Positions 45,448 through 57,462 are shown, counted from the whole stretch's first letter. The stretch: 63,884 bases of DNA, filler included, from Peribolospora baueri (GCA_029717555.1; 11 parts of 11 records of this genome joined end to end with filler, not necessarily neighbours in it); one strand, 5' to 3'. Made by a program: numbers and translations. Notes: generated by a model not told the origin, from the sequence alone.

Positions 45448-48400
45448 TTAGAAATTGGAAGGGGTGAGGAGGCTAATGGAAAGGTCCGATTGAGAGGGAG
45501 AGGCTGGCGGTCGAGACTCCCGACCTCGCTCACGATCAGAGCGGGCTGCGAGGCGGAGCGATGATAAGCTCCTTCTGCTGGTTCTCGAAGCCAGCTGTCC
45601 GCGAAAGCGCCTGCGGGAGGACGAAAAATGGGACTGGTTAGAGTCGTACGATCGATGACGTTCGACCATCCCGCACGTCAGTTTACTTACGCAGCAGCTC
45701 CCGTCCTCTGCTTGCTCTGAGATGCTTTGAGCCATTTTGTGAAAGCTTGCTTGAGTACTCCTCGCTTCTCCAGCAGACGGGCGCGTCGATCGTGTGCGTT
45801 CGGTATCTTTGCGCGCCAAACGTCGAAAAAGCGACGGAAAGCTCTTGCTTTCTCAAATCGAAGCGCGGGCAGAGCCTTCGATAGTGAGGGGAGAGAGGTC
45901 AGGCACGGATGGAGCCAGGTATAAAATTTTCTCATTAAATCAATATGCTCACCTTCGTCTTTGCCATCCACTTCCCAAGGACCTTCGCTTTCCTCCTTTT
46001 TCGATTTCGAGAGAGAAATTCATTCTCCTGGAGAAGAGACGGACAGCAAAGACGATAAAAGAACCCAAGGTCAGGAAGAGCGAAAAGAAGAGATATCACA
46101 TTCAGCTCGCTCACCAACGCTCGCAACCGCCGCTCTTTGAAGCGCTCTCTCCACACCTCCCATCTCTCCCCCAGTTCATCCATCCGTCGCTGCGCCTCTG
46201 CAAGTTCCAAGCGTCTCCGACGACTTCTTCTCTCGCGCGACCGGCTGAGCCAAGAAAAGAAGAGTCGCCGTAGAGTGGCTGTAAAAGTGACATTCATTCG
46301 AAGACCCAGTCAGTCCCACACAACCGTGCGGGCGGAGCCGACATCTGTTTAAGTCGAATTACACGATGCACTCACCTTCCCGCCGGACGTCCCTGAAGCT
46401 GCGTGCGAGATTGTACATGCTAACTTGACGGGCACAGGCGTCCGTCCATTTCGCAAATGCAACCCTGCAGTCATATATTGTGTCGATACGCACGTCAGAG
46501 ACGGTCAAAATAAGCAACCGCGCTAACTTCTGACTCGTCCAAGGGACATGCGCTTGGACTCCTCACCTGAGAGCATTGGCATCATACTTCTCCTGATATG
46601 CCTGCATAGCTTCGATCTCAAGGTCGTGAATATTCATCACTCGCTCGGTCCAGCGGCGAAGTGCATCGAGTTTGATGCGCTAACATCGATGCGTAAGCCC
46701 CAATGTCGAAGTGTCACGAAGCCAAAAGTCAGCAAACCGTCGGATGTCGATATGGACGGCGCCAAATGTGTGCTAGAATTGTATCGGAAGGACGACCTCC
46801 ATTGGCTCACCTGCTCGATACGAGCCTGCATGTCGATGACCAGCTGTGTCTCAAGATGAGAACGTTTGGTACGCGATCGCCAGACTGACCGCGACCGTTG
46901 CGAGGAGTAGCGTCGGAGCCCGGGGTCAGAGCACGGCACTAGAGGGGAACTCCTGGTCCAGTTCGGTGGCAAGTCACTCGTTCACTCACCGTCGAGAATA
47001 TCCCTAAGCTCCCTCATCCGAACCGCCTCCCGCAGCGCGTTCTCCCTCCGCTCCTCCAGCTTCTGCCTCCAAATGGCCCACGCTGAAGTCGTTCCGAAGA
47101 GAGCCGCTAAAGCGTCAGCCTTGCCCTCTCTATCTCTCCTGGCTTCTAACCGATCTTTCCAGCGAGCCATAGCCCGCATCAGATCTGTTTGCTGACAATG
47201 CGCTTCGCCGACCGCCTCTGCACGGACGAGGGATCGGAGTTGTAACGCCCATAGACACAAGCAGCTATGGAGCATGCGCTGGTCTGATGCCTCCCGGAAA
47301 GACACGGCACGCTCTACGGAAAGCGAAGCAACGAAGATGGGATAATCAGCTTAAGGAGACCGCTCCAAATCAAGACTTTTAGAGCGTACCTTTGAGCTTG
47401 TGCAGGTCGCTCAGCTTGGCCCGCCATACGGCCAAGAAGTCTCCGACGATCCTATGCGAAATTGTCTCCTCCAGCAGGCTACCTCGCTCCTTGGCTACCC
47501 ATATACGAAGCATGGACTTGACCATCCGTCTCTCACGCCTCTCGTTGAAGACGTCGGCTTCACGATCTCGGTCCTGGTCATTTCAGAAAGACACAAGAAG
47601 ATCAGCTCGAATGGAGGCGAAGAGAGAAGGCGAATATAAGGGAAGAAGTAGTTGACAGGACATTCCAGACTCACGTATAGTCTCTCCATGCCTTGTAGCC
47701 AGACATCGAAGGCCCAACGTTTCTGCTTCCTTTCTCTGAAGCGATCCGCGATCGTTTCGACCCTCCGCTCCTCCTCAGCCGCCCGCATACGAGCTCCCCA
47801 AGCGTCCAACCAAACATTGAAAGCCCATCGTTTCTGCTTTCTTCCTCTGAAGCGATCCGCAACCGCATCAACTCTCCGCTCCTCCTCAACCGTCCGTAGA
47901 CGAGCTCTCCACGTGTCCAGCGCTGCGCGGCCAAGTTTCAGTTCATAAAATGTGACGGACAATGCCTGCTGATGACGTCTTGAGAGGCGGAAGCGCCATT
48001 GGGATAGCGCAGAGGAGATAAGAGAGTAACTTCGGAAAGAGTCAGCGCGGCCCTCGAGGAACTTTTTGCGCCAGGTCTGTACAAGACAAGCAAAGAGACA
48101 GAGCGCGTGCACGTGCACGGTCCATATCAGTAAATCGCTGAAAGAGGAGATCAGACGGGGTAAAGAGATACAATGCACAAGAGGCGATACATACCAGCCA
48201 GCACTCCCTGATCATTCTCTCCCTTCTCCCTCTCCTCACGATCTCCACCCCTTCCCTGAGCACGTCCTTCCATCTCTCTCTCCTCCGCACCTCCACCCTG
48301 TACCGCCATCTCCTCCATGCCTCCCACTCGCACCGTCCGTCGTCGAAGCGCTCCGCCTCAAGCTCCCGCGACTTGAGTGCTTGGTATCTGGATCGCCAGC

Positions 48401-49233
48401 GCGTGAGGACTAGCGAGAATTGGCGATGCGTATGGGCGAGCTCGGCAACTTCGTAGGTGGACTGGAAGGTAGGAAGGGCCGAACGCGCGCAGTAAACAAA
48501 CCAGGTGTTGTCAATCTTTAGGATACTAGGTGACGAGCAGGCGAAGCCAGATGATCAAACGCAATAGACATCCGTCTCATCTTGGATCCCAGCCTTCGTT
48601 TTGCTAGGCTCAAGGTCCAAAGACATAACATCGCGTTCAGCTCACCTTCGTCCACTCCCAGTCCTTCCTCCACGCCTCAAAGAACCTTCCAAGGAGCATA
48701 GCTTGTCTCCAAGCATCGGCGATCAGCTCCCTCTCCTCCTCGCTGTCGGTTTCCTGCCTCTGAACGAACGCCGTCGGCGTCCTCCTCTTTCCTCGAGATT
48801 TCTCCCATTTATCACCCCAATTCAGCTTCCTCTTCTCCTCTCCATCGGCGACCTTACCCTGAGCTAGCCCCGCCGGCGTCCTCCTTCCTCCTCGAGCCCT
48901 CTCCCACTTCTCACCCCAATTCCTCCCCTTCACCTGACCGAGCTTGAGCAGCAGTCGATAATAGAACACGTCATCGTCCGGATCAAGGCCTCGACGTTTA
49001 AGCACTTCTTGATATGCCTTGTAGAGCGCGACAAATGTCGCTTCGCTGGTAGGCGCTGCGCGAACGATTTCATCGAAAAGAAGAACATCCGAGCTGGGGA
49101 GGGCAGAGAAGGACGCGACGGCTGCGGACGTGATGGCGGAATGGGCCGCCGACGAGGCCACGGAGCCGTCTCCAGGTAAGGAAGAGGCGATGGATGAAGG
49201 GAGGGAGTAGCGCTTGCGGTAAGCGCCCGCCAT
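45448..49233 (-). CDS. SFI1: Sfi1 spindle-pole-body protein, multi-exon (3' end approximate)
   Basis: N-terminal FVALYKAYQEVLKRRGLDP.DDVFYYRLLLKLGQVKGRNWGEKWE, then many Arg-rich repeats with periodic F/L-x-x-W (AFNVW, FYTW, FFDVW, AFTKW). Confidence 0.8.
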
Positions 49234-49439
49234 CGCAAGGGTGCATGCAAGGCAGGCCTAGGATGTATGAAATGAGAAATTGCGTTGAACGACCTGGCCA
49301 TTGCGCACGGCGCGTATGCGAGGGAGCGTCACGTGCGATAGTCATTTACGCGACTCGGCAGCACGCGACGCGGGTAGCCGCAGTCGCTCGACCGATAACG
49401 ACCCAGCGTCGAACTTTTTGGACGCGCAAACATGACATG

Positions 49440-50136
49440 GGGGCCCGGGACAGAACAAGGTCCGGCCCCGACCTGAAGAGGCTCCAACGAAGGGAGCATG
49501 AAAGGAGGAATCCGTGCAGTATGTACATGCCGAATCGGTACGGTAGACTCGCCGTCCACGAGGCGGGTCAGAACCTTTGCCCCACTAGCACTCATATCGA
49601 GGTAGGACCACTTGGACGAAAAGTGACACCGTTTGTACGTCGAGCCCCCGTCGTCGGAGATGAGGTCCATAGCGTTATCGCTGTCGAGGTACTGTGGGTT
49701 TTGGGCGATGAATTCTGTTGGACGGAAAGGACAGGGGTCGTGTCGAAAAGTAAAAGCGACGCAATACGAGCAAAGAAGGATAACGTGACGGGGATATGCA
49801 ATGGGATTATATGAAGTAAGCACACGGAGCGAATTAAAATCTGGTGAATTCCCTTTTTGTGTGGTCCCCCTTAGGGTCCCAAGCTGGTGAGTCCAAGTGA
49901 GAATCTCCTGATCGCATCGGATCAAGCACTTACATCGAGATCGCAGAAGTATTTGACCGACGGCTCAATGCGCCAATAGTACTGTTCCATGAGGAAAGCT
50001 TGTCAATCTGCGAGACACGAGGTCGCTCCTTGAAGTTGCCCAAGCGGCTGTCCTGGCTCACCTCGATGTCCTTAAGCAAAGGGTGCCGGTAGAAGAACCC
50101 GCTCTGATACCTGCACATGTGTCGGTATGGCAAGGA
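49440..50136 (-). pseudogene. GT15 (Kre2/Ktr) alpha-1,2-mannosyltransferase 3' fragment, apparently internally deleted
   Basis: YRHMCRYQSGFFYRHPLL, YYWRIEPSVKYFCD, ISDDGGSTYKRCHF are present. The expected WSNFEI and ERWGDA motifs are not found downstream. Confidence 0.7.
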
Positions 50137-50236
50137 NNNNNNNNNNNNNNNNNNNNNNNNNNNNNNNNNNNNNNNNNNNNTTAATTAATTAANNNNNNNN
50201 NNNNNNNNNNNNNNNNNNNNNNNNNNNNNNNNNNNN

Positions 50237-51018
50237 GCGAGGCGATCGGCAGACCGCTCGAAGGTCACACGGATTGGGTCCGCTCGGTCGCCTTCTCCCC
50301 AGACGGGAAGCGGATCGTCTCTGGTTCGAGAGACAAAACCCTCCGGATGTGGGACGCGTCGACGGGCGAGGCGATCGGCAGACCGCTCGAAGGTCACACG
50401 GATTCGGTCCACTCGGTCGCCTTCTCCCCAGACGGGAAGCGGATCGTCTCTGGTTCGTGGGACAGCGCCCTCCGGATGTGGGACGCGTCGACAGGCGAGG
50501 CGATCGGCAGACCGCTCGAAGGTCACACGGATTCGGTCCTCTCGGTCGCCTTCTCCCCAGACGGGAAACGGATCGTCTCTGGTTCGGGAGACAAGACCGT
50601 CCGGATTTGGGACGCGTCGACGGGCGAGGCGATCGGCAGACCGCTCGAAGGTCACACGGATTGGGTCCGCTCGGTCGCCTTCTCCCCAGACGGGAAGCGG
50701 ATCGTCTCTGGTTCGAGAGACAAAACCCTCCGGATGTGGGACGCGTCGACAGGCGAGGCGATCGGCAGACCGCTCGAAGGTCACACGGATTCGGTCCTGA
50801 AGGTGGCCCTCCAAGAACTTGCTGAAATGTCGCAGCAGGAGTTGCTCTTGCTCGACGAGGATGGATGGGTGAAGGACGACTGGGGCAGGAGACAATGGTG
50901 GATGCCATTTGAAAACAGAGGGCATGCTCAAGCATCGCACAGCGGCCGATTGGTCGTCGGAGGTGGCACAGGCTTGTTGACTATCGTGGATGGCCGGAAA
51001 GCATTGGGTATAGCTTAG
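50237..51018 (+). CDS. 3' end of a WD40 HiC-repeat (NWD-type NLR) gene, paralog of 25292-27128
   Basis: At least four 126-bp repeats LEGHTD.V.SVAFSPDGKRIVSGS.D..LRMWDASTGEAIGRP. Shared tail QELAEMSQQ...GWVKDDWGRRQWWMPFENRG...DGRKALGI; the 3' flank is also homologous. Confidence 0.92.
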
Positions 51019-51233
51019 ACGTGGCACGGTAGGTGTCTCAGAATGAGTATCAGGAATCGACCTCGGGACCTCCCTATACCGGAACCTTCTGGCGATAGTC
51101 CGATGTATAAACCGCGCCTTCCTGTACATAGTTGTCTTTGGCCATCCGTCCTAGCTTCTAGCTCCCTCCCTGCTGCCTGGAACCCAGCCTTGGCTCGCCA
51201 TCTGTCCTGGGGTAGGGGAAGTGGGACCTGCCT

Positions 51234-52115
51234 ATGCATGCGTCGTTCGCCTCGTTCCGTGCCGCCGTCACCAACCAATTCGGCATCCCCAACGAGCGCA
51301 CGGACGTCCTCCGCCGCCTCAACCGCCTCTACCAGTCGGGCTCGGTCTCCGACTACGCCACTGAGTTCGACGCCCTCCAAAGCCGGCTCAGTTGGCCCGA
51401 CGACGCCCTCCAGAACCAATTTTATCTGGGCCTGAAGGAGGAGATCAAGGATGAGCTGTCGCGGGTTACGGAGTTGCCGACGACGTTGAGCGGACTCGTG
51501 AGCCTGGCCGTCCAGCTGGGCAACCGCCAACGGGAGAGAGACGAGGAGCGCCGCGCCCCCTACTTCCACAGTGGCCCGCGATACCTCCGTCCTGTGCCCG
51601 ACCGGCCTGGTGACAGAGCCGTTCGCTCAGCCCATCGATACTGTCGCCCTCCTCGATTCCGGCGCTTCGTCGTGCTTCATCGACCCCGACTTCTGCCAAA
51701 AGCACGGCCTCGCCCTGTGTCCGAAGCCTCACCCGATCGACATCAACGTCTTCGACGGTCGGCCCAGTGCTTCGGACGGACGTCGTCATCGCCTTGGCCA
51801 CCAGCTTCGCTGCCTCCACGCGGAGCCTCTGTGAGCCGTCGGCACGGGTGGATGTTGCCTTCGTCATCGCAACTTCGGCCTCTTGCAGCCGTTGCCGGTA
51901 CCAAGCCGCCCTCGAACTTGGCCAGCGTGTCTGGCTCATGCGCCGTTTCGTCCGCACCACCCGGCCCTCCGACAAGCTTGACGCAAACGCCTCGGCCCGT
52001 TCCTGGTGCACGGACGAGTTGGCGAATCGGCATACCGGCTGGAGCTCCCCACCACTATGAAGATTCACAATGTCTTCCACGTTTCCTCCTTGAGCCGTAC
52101 CATCCGAACCGACTG
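51234..52115 (+). mobile_element. Internally deleted Ty3/Gypsy LTR retrotransposon relic (gag - protease - integrase C-terminus)
   Basis: Gag LYQSGSVSDYATEF..WPDDALQNQFYLGLKEEIKDEL; protease ALLDSGASSCFID; integrase tail [15 protein letters not shown]...[19 protein letters not shown], RNase H and integrase core are absent. Confidence 0.9.
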
Positions 52116-52229
52116 CCCTCAAGGCCACGCCTGAGAATCGTCGTCGTCGGGAGGGACGGACGGAGAAAAAGAAGTGTGAGGGTGGGGAAGAAGGAAAGGG
52201 ACAGGGACTGTTGAGAAACTTCCCTATAG

Positions 52230-52658
52230 TGTCAGGAACCAGCCCGCTCTCAGGGCGCTCGACCCGTTAAGCCAGTCGGTATCCCTAAGCCTTCAGCCAA
52301 ACGGACCGCACACGTACAAAGGGACGAGTTCTCTTTGGACGAGTTCTGAGTTGTATTCGAGGGATACTCGAATCGAGGAGTGTGACTATCTTTATGGGGA
52401 AGTTTCTGAGGAGGGTCGGAAGCGACGGACTCAGAAACGTCGGCTTTATATACATGTGTGGCCCAAGCCGAGAGCGAATAAGGGAGACGTAGCTGGACAC
52501 GAGGCAGAACACGAGGCTGGGACACGAGGCAGAACACGAGGCGGGTCACGAGGCAGTGACGTCATCGGCGAAGGGGTCAGGCACGTGTGGACGACACGTG
52601 CGGCGTGCGAGGACTGGGAGGCTTGGCATCTGGTGTCTGGATGGTCACATCCATGACA
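52230..52658. mobile_element. Putative LTR (TGTCA...TGACA)
   Basis: 5-bp inverted termini TGTCA/TGACA, internal TATA-like tttatataca, short internal repeats gacacgaggcagaacacgaggc. No TSD found. Confidence 0.5.
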
Positions 52659-52659
52659 T

Positions 52660-53468
52660 TCACTCGAAGGGAGCCATCAGCTTGTTGCCGAGAACCTTGG
52701 CCGGGAAGGCTTCCTCTCCTAATGCAGTGGTATGCGCCCACGGCTTCAGGCTATTTTCACGGTGGATCGTGGCTGCGAAGCAATCACTCCACTTCAGACG
52801 AGGGAAATGCTGCGAAACATCCTCGATAGTGCTGGGATGAACCAGATCGGCGTAAGAGCCCGTGTTTTCTGTGGAAGGCTCCATTGTTAATGTACTTGCC
52901 AATTCATGATCACAAATAATGCGACACGAAAGAAAGACCTACCGAAAATGGTCGCCAGCTGGATCAACTGTCCGACCGCCGTGATCGTGCCGACCTCGGA
53001 GAGGTCTTGATGCCGGATGATCGCCTCCGCCACGCTCTCCGCCTGCTCCCGAGGCGCAACGGCATCCGCGGCAGGGGCATTCTGCAGAACCTCCAGCGCC
53101 AGAAACCCCCCGTAGAATTCGAAGCTCATCCGCGTCTTCTGCAGGTTCTCCTCCGTCGTGCCAATGTCGTGCAGCAAGCACGACAGGAAGTAAGTTTCAT
53201 CGGAGAAGGTCCAGTGAGGAAAGCGGTATTTCTTGATCGCAAGTCCGTAATGATACACCCGGAGAGAATGGTTGTAAGTCGGCTGCGGCAGCTGCGATTG
53301 GGCATAATGCTGCACCCGTTGCACCAGAGCGGTCGTCGGAACGGGCGTGTCGGCGACGGGGATCGCTGGTGGAGGCGACGATGGTTTCGGATCCAAGTCC
53401 AGGACGGCGGACGCGGACGCCGCGACGGCGGTGAAGCCGTATTCCGTGATCGAATCCTTGGTCGACAT
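52660..53468 (-). CDS. cah: Cyanamide hydratase (HD-domain, Cah/Ddi2 family)
   Basis: YNHSLRVY, SCLLHDIGTT, TRMSFEFYGG, AESVAEAIIRHQD, GQLIQLATIF|ENTG, FPRLKWS.CFA, KPWAHTT; one intron 52942-52869. Confidence 0.95.
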
Positions 53469-53952
53469 GGCTGGTCCTCTTAACTATGCCACTGCTGTCG
53501 GCTGTTTGATTTGAAATGGGTGACTCGTGGGGTGTGGTATATACCGAGTGGAAACAAGAAACGGAAGTCTATGGATCAATAGATGGCGATGAGCGGACAC
53601 AAGTAATTAAACAAGGATTCCCTCATTTTCGAATCTTCAGTCCCGCGTTGCCTCTTTATACACGATGCCAGCCTCTCTGGTGACAAAGATGTACACTGCA
53701 CGCCCCCGGAAAAAAAATCTACTCTTAGACGTCAGCGGCGAGCGGAATCCCCCAGAAGACAATGGCAGCGCGTGATGGTCATGGGAGATTGATTCGTAAT
53801 CCAACGATGACAGACACATCCAGACGGAACGTCGATCCTTTTGACTTTTTCTTTTCTTTCCTCCCCTCCCCAGAATCACCATCTCACCAATTCGACCCGG
53901 TCTAGATGACAGACAAACGGTGGTCAAATTTACATTCATGGAAGTGATCAGA

Positions 53953-54820
53953 TGTCATGAACGTCGCCTCCGATCCGAGATGACACGACTGCCTTGCGCC
54001 GATGCATGTATATATAGGGGGCCCGACAGGGCCTCCACCTCTCCTTTCCCCAAGCTAGAGATACTTTTGTCACCACTCAGGTTCTTGAGTCTTGTCCTGC
54101 CTCTCTGCTTCCTTGCTCCCTTCCTCCTCCTGCCTCGGTTCGGTGTCGACTCCTGGTGCAACCCCTTCTGTTCCTCCTGCCTTGCCACCCGACGACCTGA
54201 GTAGGGAGCAATCCCTGATATTATCTCTAGCTTCTTAGTACCCCGAGTCGACTCTCCAGCCCCATGGACAACCAAGAAGACATCATCAACCAACTCAAGC
54301 GGGAAATCAGCGAGTTACGGGCCGCCCAGCAAGACATGTCCAGAGGCTTCAGTTCCAGCATACCCAAGCCACCCGCCAAGAGCCTCGGCGACCTCATGGG
54401 CCCTCCCCGAGTTCGATGGCAAGGACCGTGACTCCTGCCGCACTTTCCTCTCCCAAGTCAACCTCTTTATGGCCGCCAACCCCGAGCTCTTCAACAACGA
54501 CCATGCCAAAGTGATGTACACCATTTCACGCCTCCGTGGTCGAGCCTACCAATGGGTCGAGCCCCATCTCCTTAGAAGCGACAACCCCACCCTTTCCAGC
54601 TATCAAACCTTCACTGAGGAGCTGATCAAGAATCTCGGCGATCCGAACCGCGAGTACACTGCTATCCGGCAGTTAAAGGCACTCCGACAGACAGGCTCAG
54701 TCTCCAGCTATTCCACCCGGTTCCTCGAGCTCGCCTCCTTCATTGACTGGAATGATAGCGCCCTCCGGTACCAATTCTACGACAATCTTAAGCCTGAAAC
54801 CCAGGACTCTCTGGCCGGCG
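53953..54820 (+). mobile_element. Truncated Ty3/Gypsy element: putative 5' LTR (about 53953-54220) + frameshifted gag
   Basis: TGTCA start, tatatatag box; gag PEFDGKDRDSCRTFLSQVNLF..NPELF..DHAKVMYTISRLRGRAYQW...LRQTGSVSSYSTRF..WNDSALRYQFYDNLK. Confidence 0.85.
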
Positions 54821-55789
54821 GTCAAGTTCGAAGTACCAATTGGTCCAGGAGTGGGATTGAGTGCTGGGGCGGAGCAAGTGTGGCACTGGGGCTGCTCAGT
54901 GGGGAGCTGGCATGTGGGGACGGATGCGAAGATGGAGCCGAAGTTCTATCGTGAGTATGGAATGAAGAGGGGTTCCGTGTTCGGAGTTGGCGCGAGGCTG
55001 ACTTGTATCTCCTGTTTTCGCGGCGGTTACAGCGCTGTGTCGTCTGAAAGCGGTGAGATCTGGACTGTACTCGACAGAACAACGGGCAAGTCGCGTGCCG
55101 GATGACAAGCTTGCAGATTTCGTTCCTCCGTGGGGCGAGTTGGACGATGAGGGGGAAGAGGTGGAGTGCGATATGGATTAATAATGCGTGTCCCTTCCCG
55201 GTTCACCGCACTACATAGAAGCTTGGCAACTCTTCCTGAGCCACAATGACGATGCAATGGCCGATGCATTTCACGTGTACGAGCTGACTTCCGAGGATCG
55301 AACTGCAGCGCTTGCAAGGACGGCGGCAAGATGGCCATCCGGCCCTCCGACGATGATGGGAGCGACCACTCCGAGTCGTACCTTGCAATGAAAGCTCAGC
55401 TAGAAAAAGCGGGGAGTGGTTTTGATGAGAGCGCGCACGAAGTACTTTCACAGAGCGGCGGCGACCTTTCGTATCCTCAGGCCGAGAAAGAACGCGCTGA
55501 TCGGCGACCCTGAAGGGAGCAACAGGAAGACAGTAATAGAAGTGCACAATAGACACTTTTCAGTTTCCCATCTCAACTTCGGTAGCCAGACACGCCCCAA
55601 GTCCCGCTTACAGAGTCCAATCTTGGCTGCGGAGCAAGGCAGCTGTGTCGCTCACCAAGTTTTTGCTGTGGCCGGCAACTTAAATCGACNNNNNNNNNNN
55701 NNNNNNNNNNNNNNNNNNNNNNNNNNNNNNNNNTTAATTAATTAANNNNNNNNNNNNNNNNNNNNNNNNNNNNNNNNNNNNNNNNNNNN

Positions 55790-55806
55790 GGTGTGCGAGG
55801 CGGAGG

Positions 55807-55843
<37 letters not shown>

Positions 55844-56330
55844 GGTGAGCCTTAGGTATAAGGAGGCCAGATGAGAGTCCAAGAGGACGCAGACGAGGAG
55901 AGGAAGCGCTCGGGCTCACCCTTCCGAACGCGACGAGGCGAATGCCAACCTCTGCGATCATGGCAATGTTGATGACAAACTCGAGCGAGTAGAAGAGCAC
56001 GGTGGGGCAGTCCTGGAGGATGGAGAGGACGACGGTGACGGCGGATAGGGCGGCCATGCCAAAGTAAAAGTAGATGTACGCCGTGGAGTGGACGAACCTG
56101 TTGGCGACGCCTTTGAGGATCTCGTCGCGGGAGAGGTAGTAGTGTGATCGAGAAGGCCTGGGCGAGGGCGAGAAGGGGGCAGATAGTTAGGCGGATGGAC
56201 GGGGGCTGGGAAGCGCCGAGTCGGTTAGTCGGTTGGCGTTCGCTCACCGTGGTGCATCTCCGAATACGTTGTCGCCGGCGCCGGCGCCGTTGTGAAGGGG
56301 TAGGAGTCCTTGCTGATCCGAGGCGGACAT
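55790..56330 (-). CDS. Ion-transport/voltage-sensor-like membrane protein, 5' part
   Basis: MSASDQQG...DAPR|PSRSHYYLSRDEILKGVANRFVHSTAYIYFYFGMAALSAVTVVLS...LEFVINIAMIAEVGIRLVAFG (S1-S2-like helices with E-x3-R). Confidence 0.7.
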
Positions 56331-57375
56331 ACCGAGCAGCCGCGCCTTGGTCCTCCCCGTCGCGGAGGAGGAGGAGGATCGCTGGACAAGCGTGGGATGA
56401 ATGATGGCGGGCCCTCCTTCCACACGAGTGACGGCGACACTGGGAAGAGCAGCTGAAGAAGGCGTTGACGAAATTGGCCAGCCCCAAGCCGTCGAAGTGT
56501 CGTCGACGTTGTCGTCGTCGTAACGCGATTCGATCGCCTCCGAGAACAGTTATTAGTTACCTAAATCGGGGGACGATAGGCTGGGCCCACATTAGGGTTA
56601 CCGGATTGCTTCGACGGCGGCGGCCAAGGTTACGAACCTATTACAGTCAAACTTGTCTATAAGCATACAAGTTGTATAGCCCGAGGGCCACGCAGTATGT
56701 GGGAGGGTGACTTATACAGGGCGGGGTCTAAGCAAAGTTGCCGCAGTCGTTGCCACAGTCGATAGCGTCTATCAAGACATGAATTCCAAGCTTTACTGTA
56801 GAGTATGTACACGTCATAACACAACCATGTTCAAGAAGAAGCGTGCGCAGAAAAGAATTGTCGAAGATCGGTTTGTTTACGCTGCTTGTTGACATGTTCT
56901 TTGAAAGAGATGGTGAAACGCGGACAAGCACCCACGCGTAGTAATGTTAGAACTGGCGGTGGATGGACGGAAGTGGACGTTACTGGTGCGTTATTGTTTC
57001 AGCCGCGTAACCACGGTGCTCGTCGCCCCCAATCTCCAACACCACGAGGATGCTCGTGACCCTCAATCCTAACTATGCATGCCGAGGGTGCATACCTGGT
57101 AAGGAGGCACCGGTGTCAGTGCTTGCAATATGCGGGTATGTTTAGTATGCATATAGAGCAGTGTTTTGGCTGGGATTCGTCAATTTTTGGCTGGGGAGCA
57201 AACGGGAAAGGGAGATCGCTATGCACTATGCGAAGGCATGCCTATGGACCCGTATGCTAACAGACAGGGTTGACCGTAAGAAAATAGGACGAATAGGGGT
57301 TGAATGAAAGCGTCGTGCCATGTGACATCCGTGGAGTGTATGTATCGGATGGAAATAAAGAGTAAACCAAGGAAG

Positions 57376-57462
57376 TCCGAGATGGTATAGTGGCTAACAC
57401 GGGTGCCTGTCAATTTGAAGTTGCGCTCGCACCAGTCCCGGGTTCGATTCCCGGTCTCGGAG
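57376..57462 (+). tRNA. Nuclear tRNA-Asp (GUC) with canonical intron
   Basis: TCCGAGA/TCTCGGA acceptor; GGTGC-CT-GTC-A[~15-nt intron]C-GCACC; GGTTCGATTCC B-box; followed by T-runs (Pol III terminator). Confidence 0.93.

Noticed and set aside
54820..55689. Fragmentary ORFs after the gag relic; also 20600-20927, 28800-29870, 61259-61700 and 63100-63884
   Set aside because: No recognisable motif or coherent exon chain; a call cannot be supported without a search.
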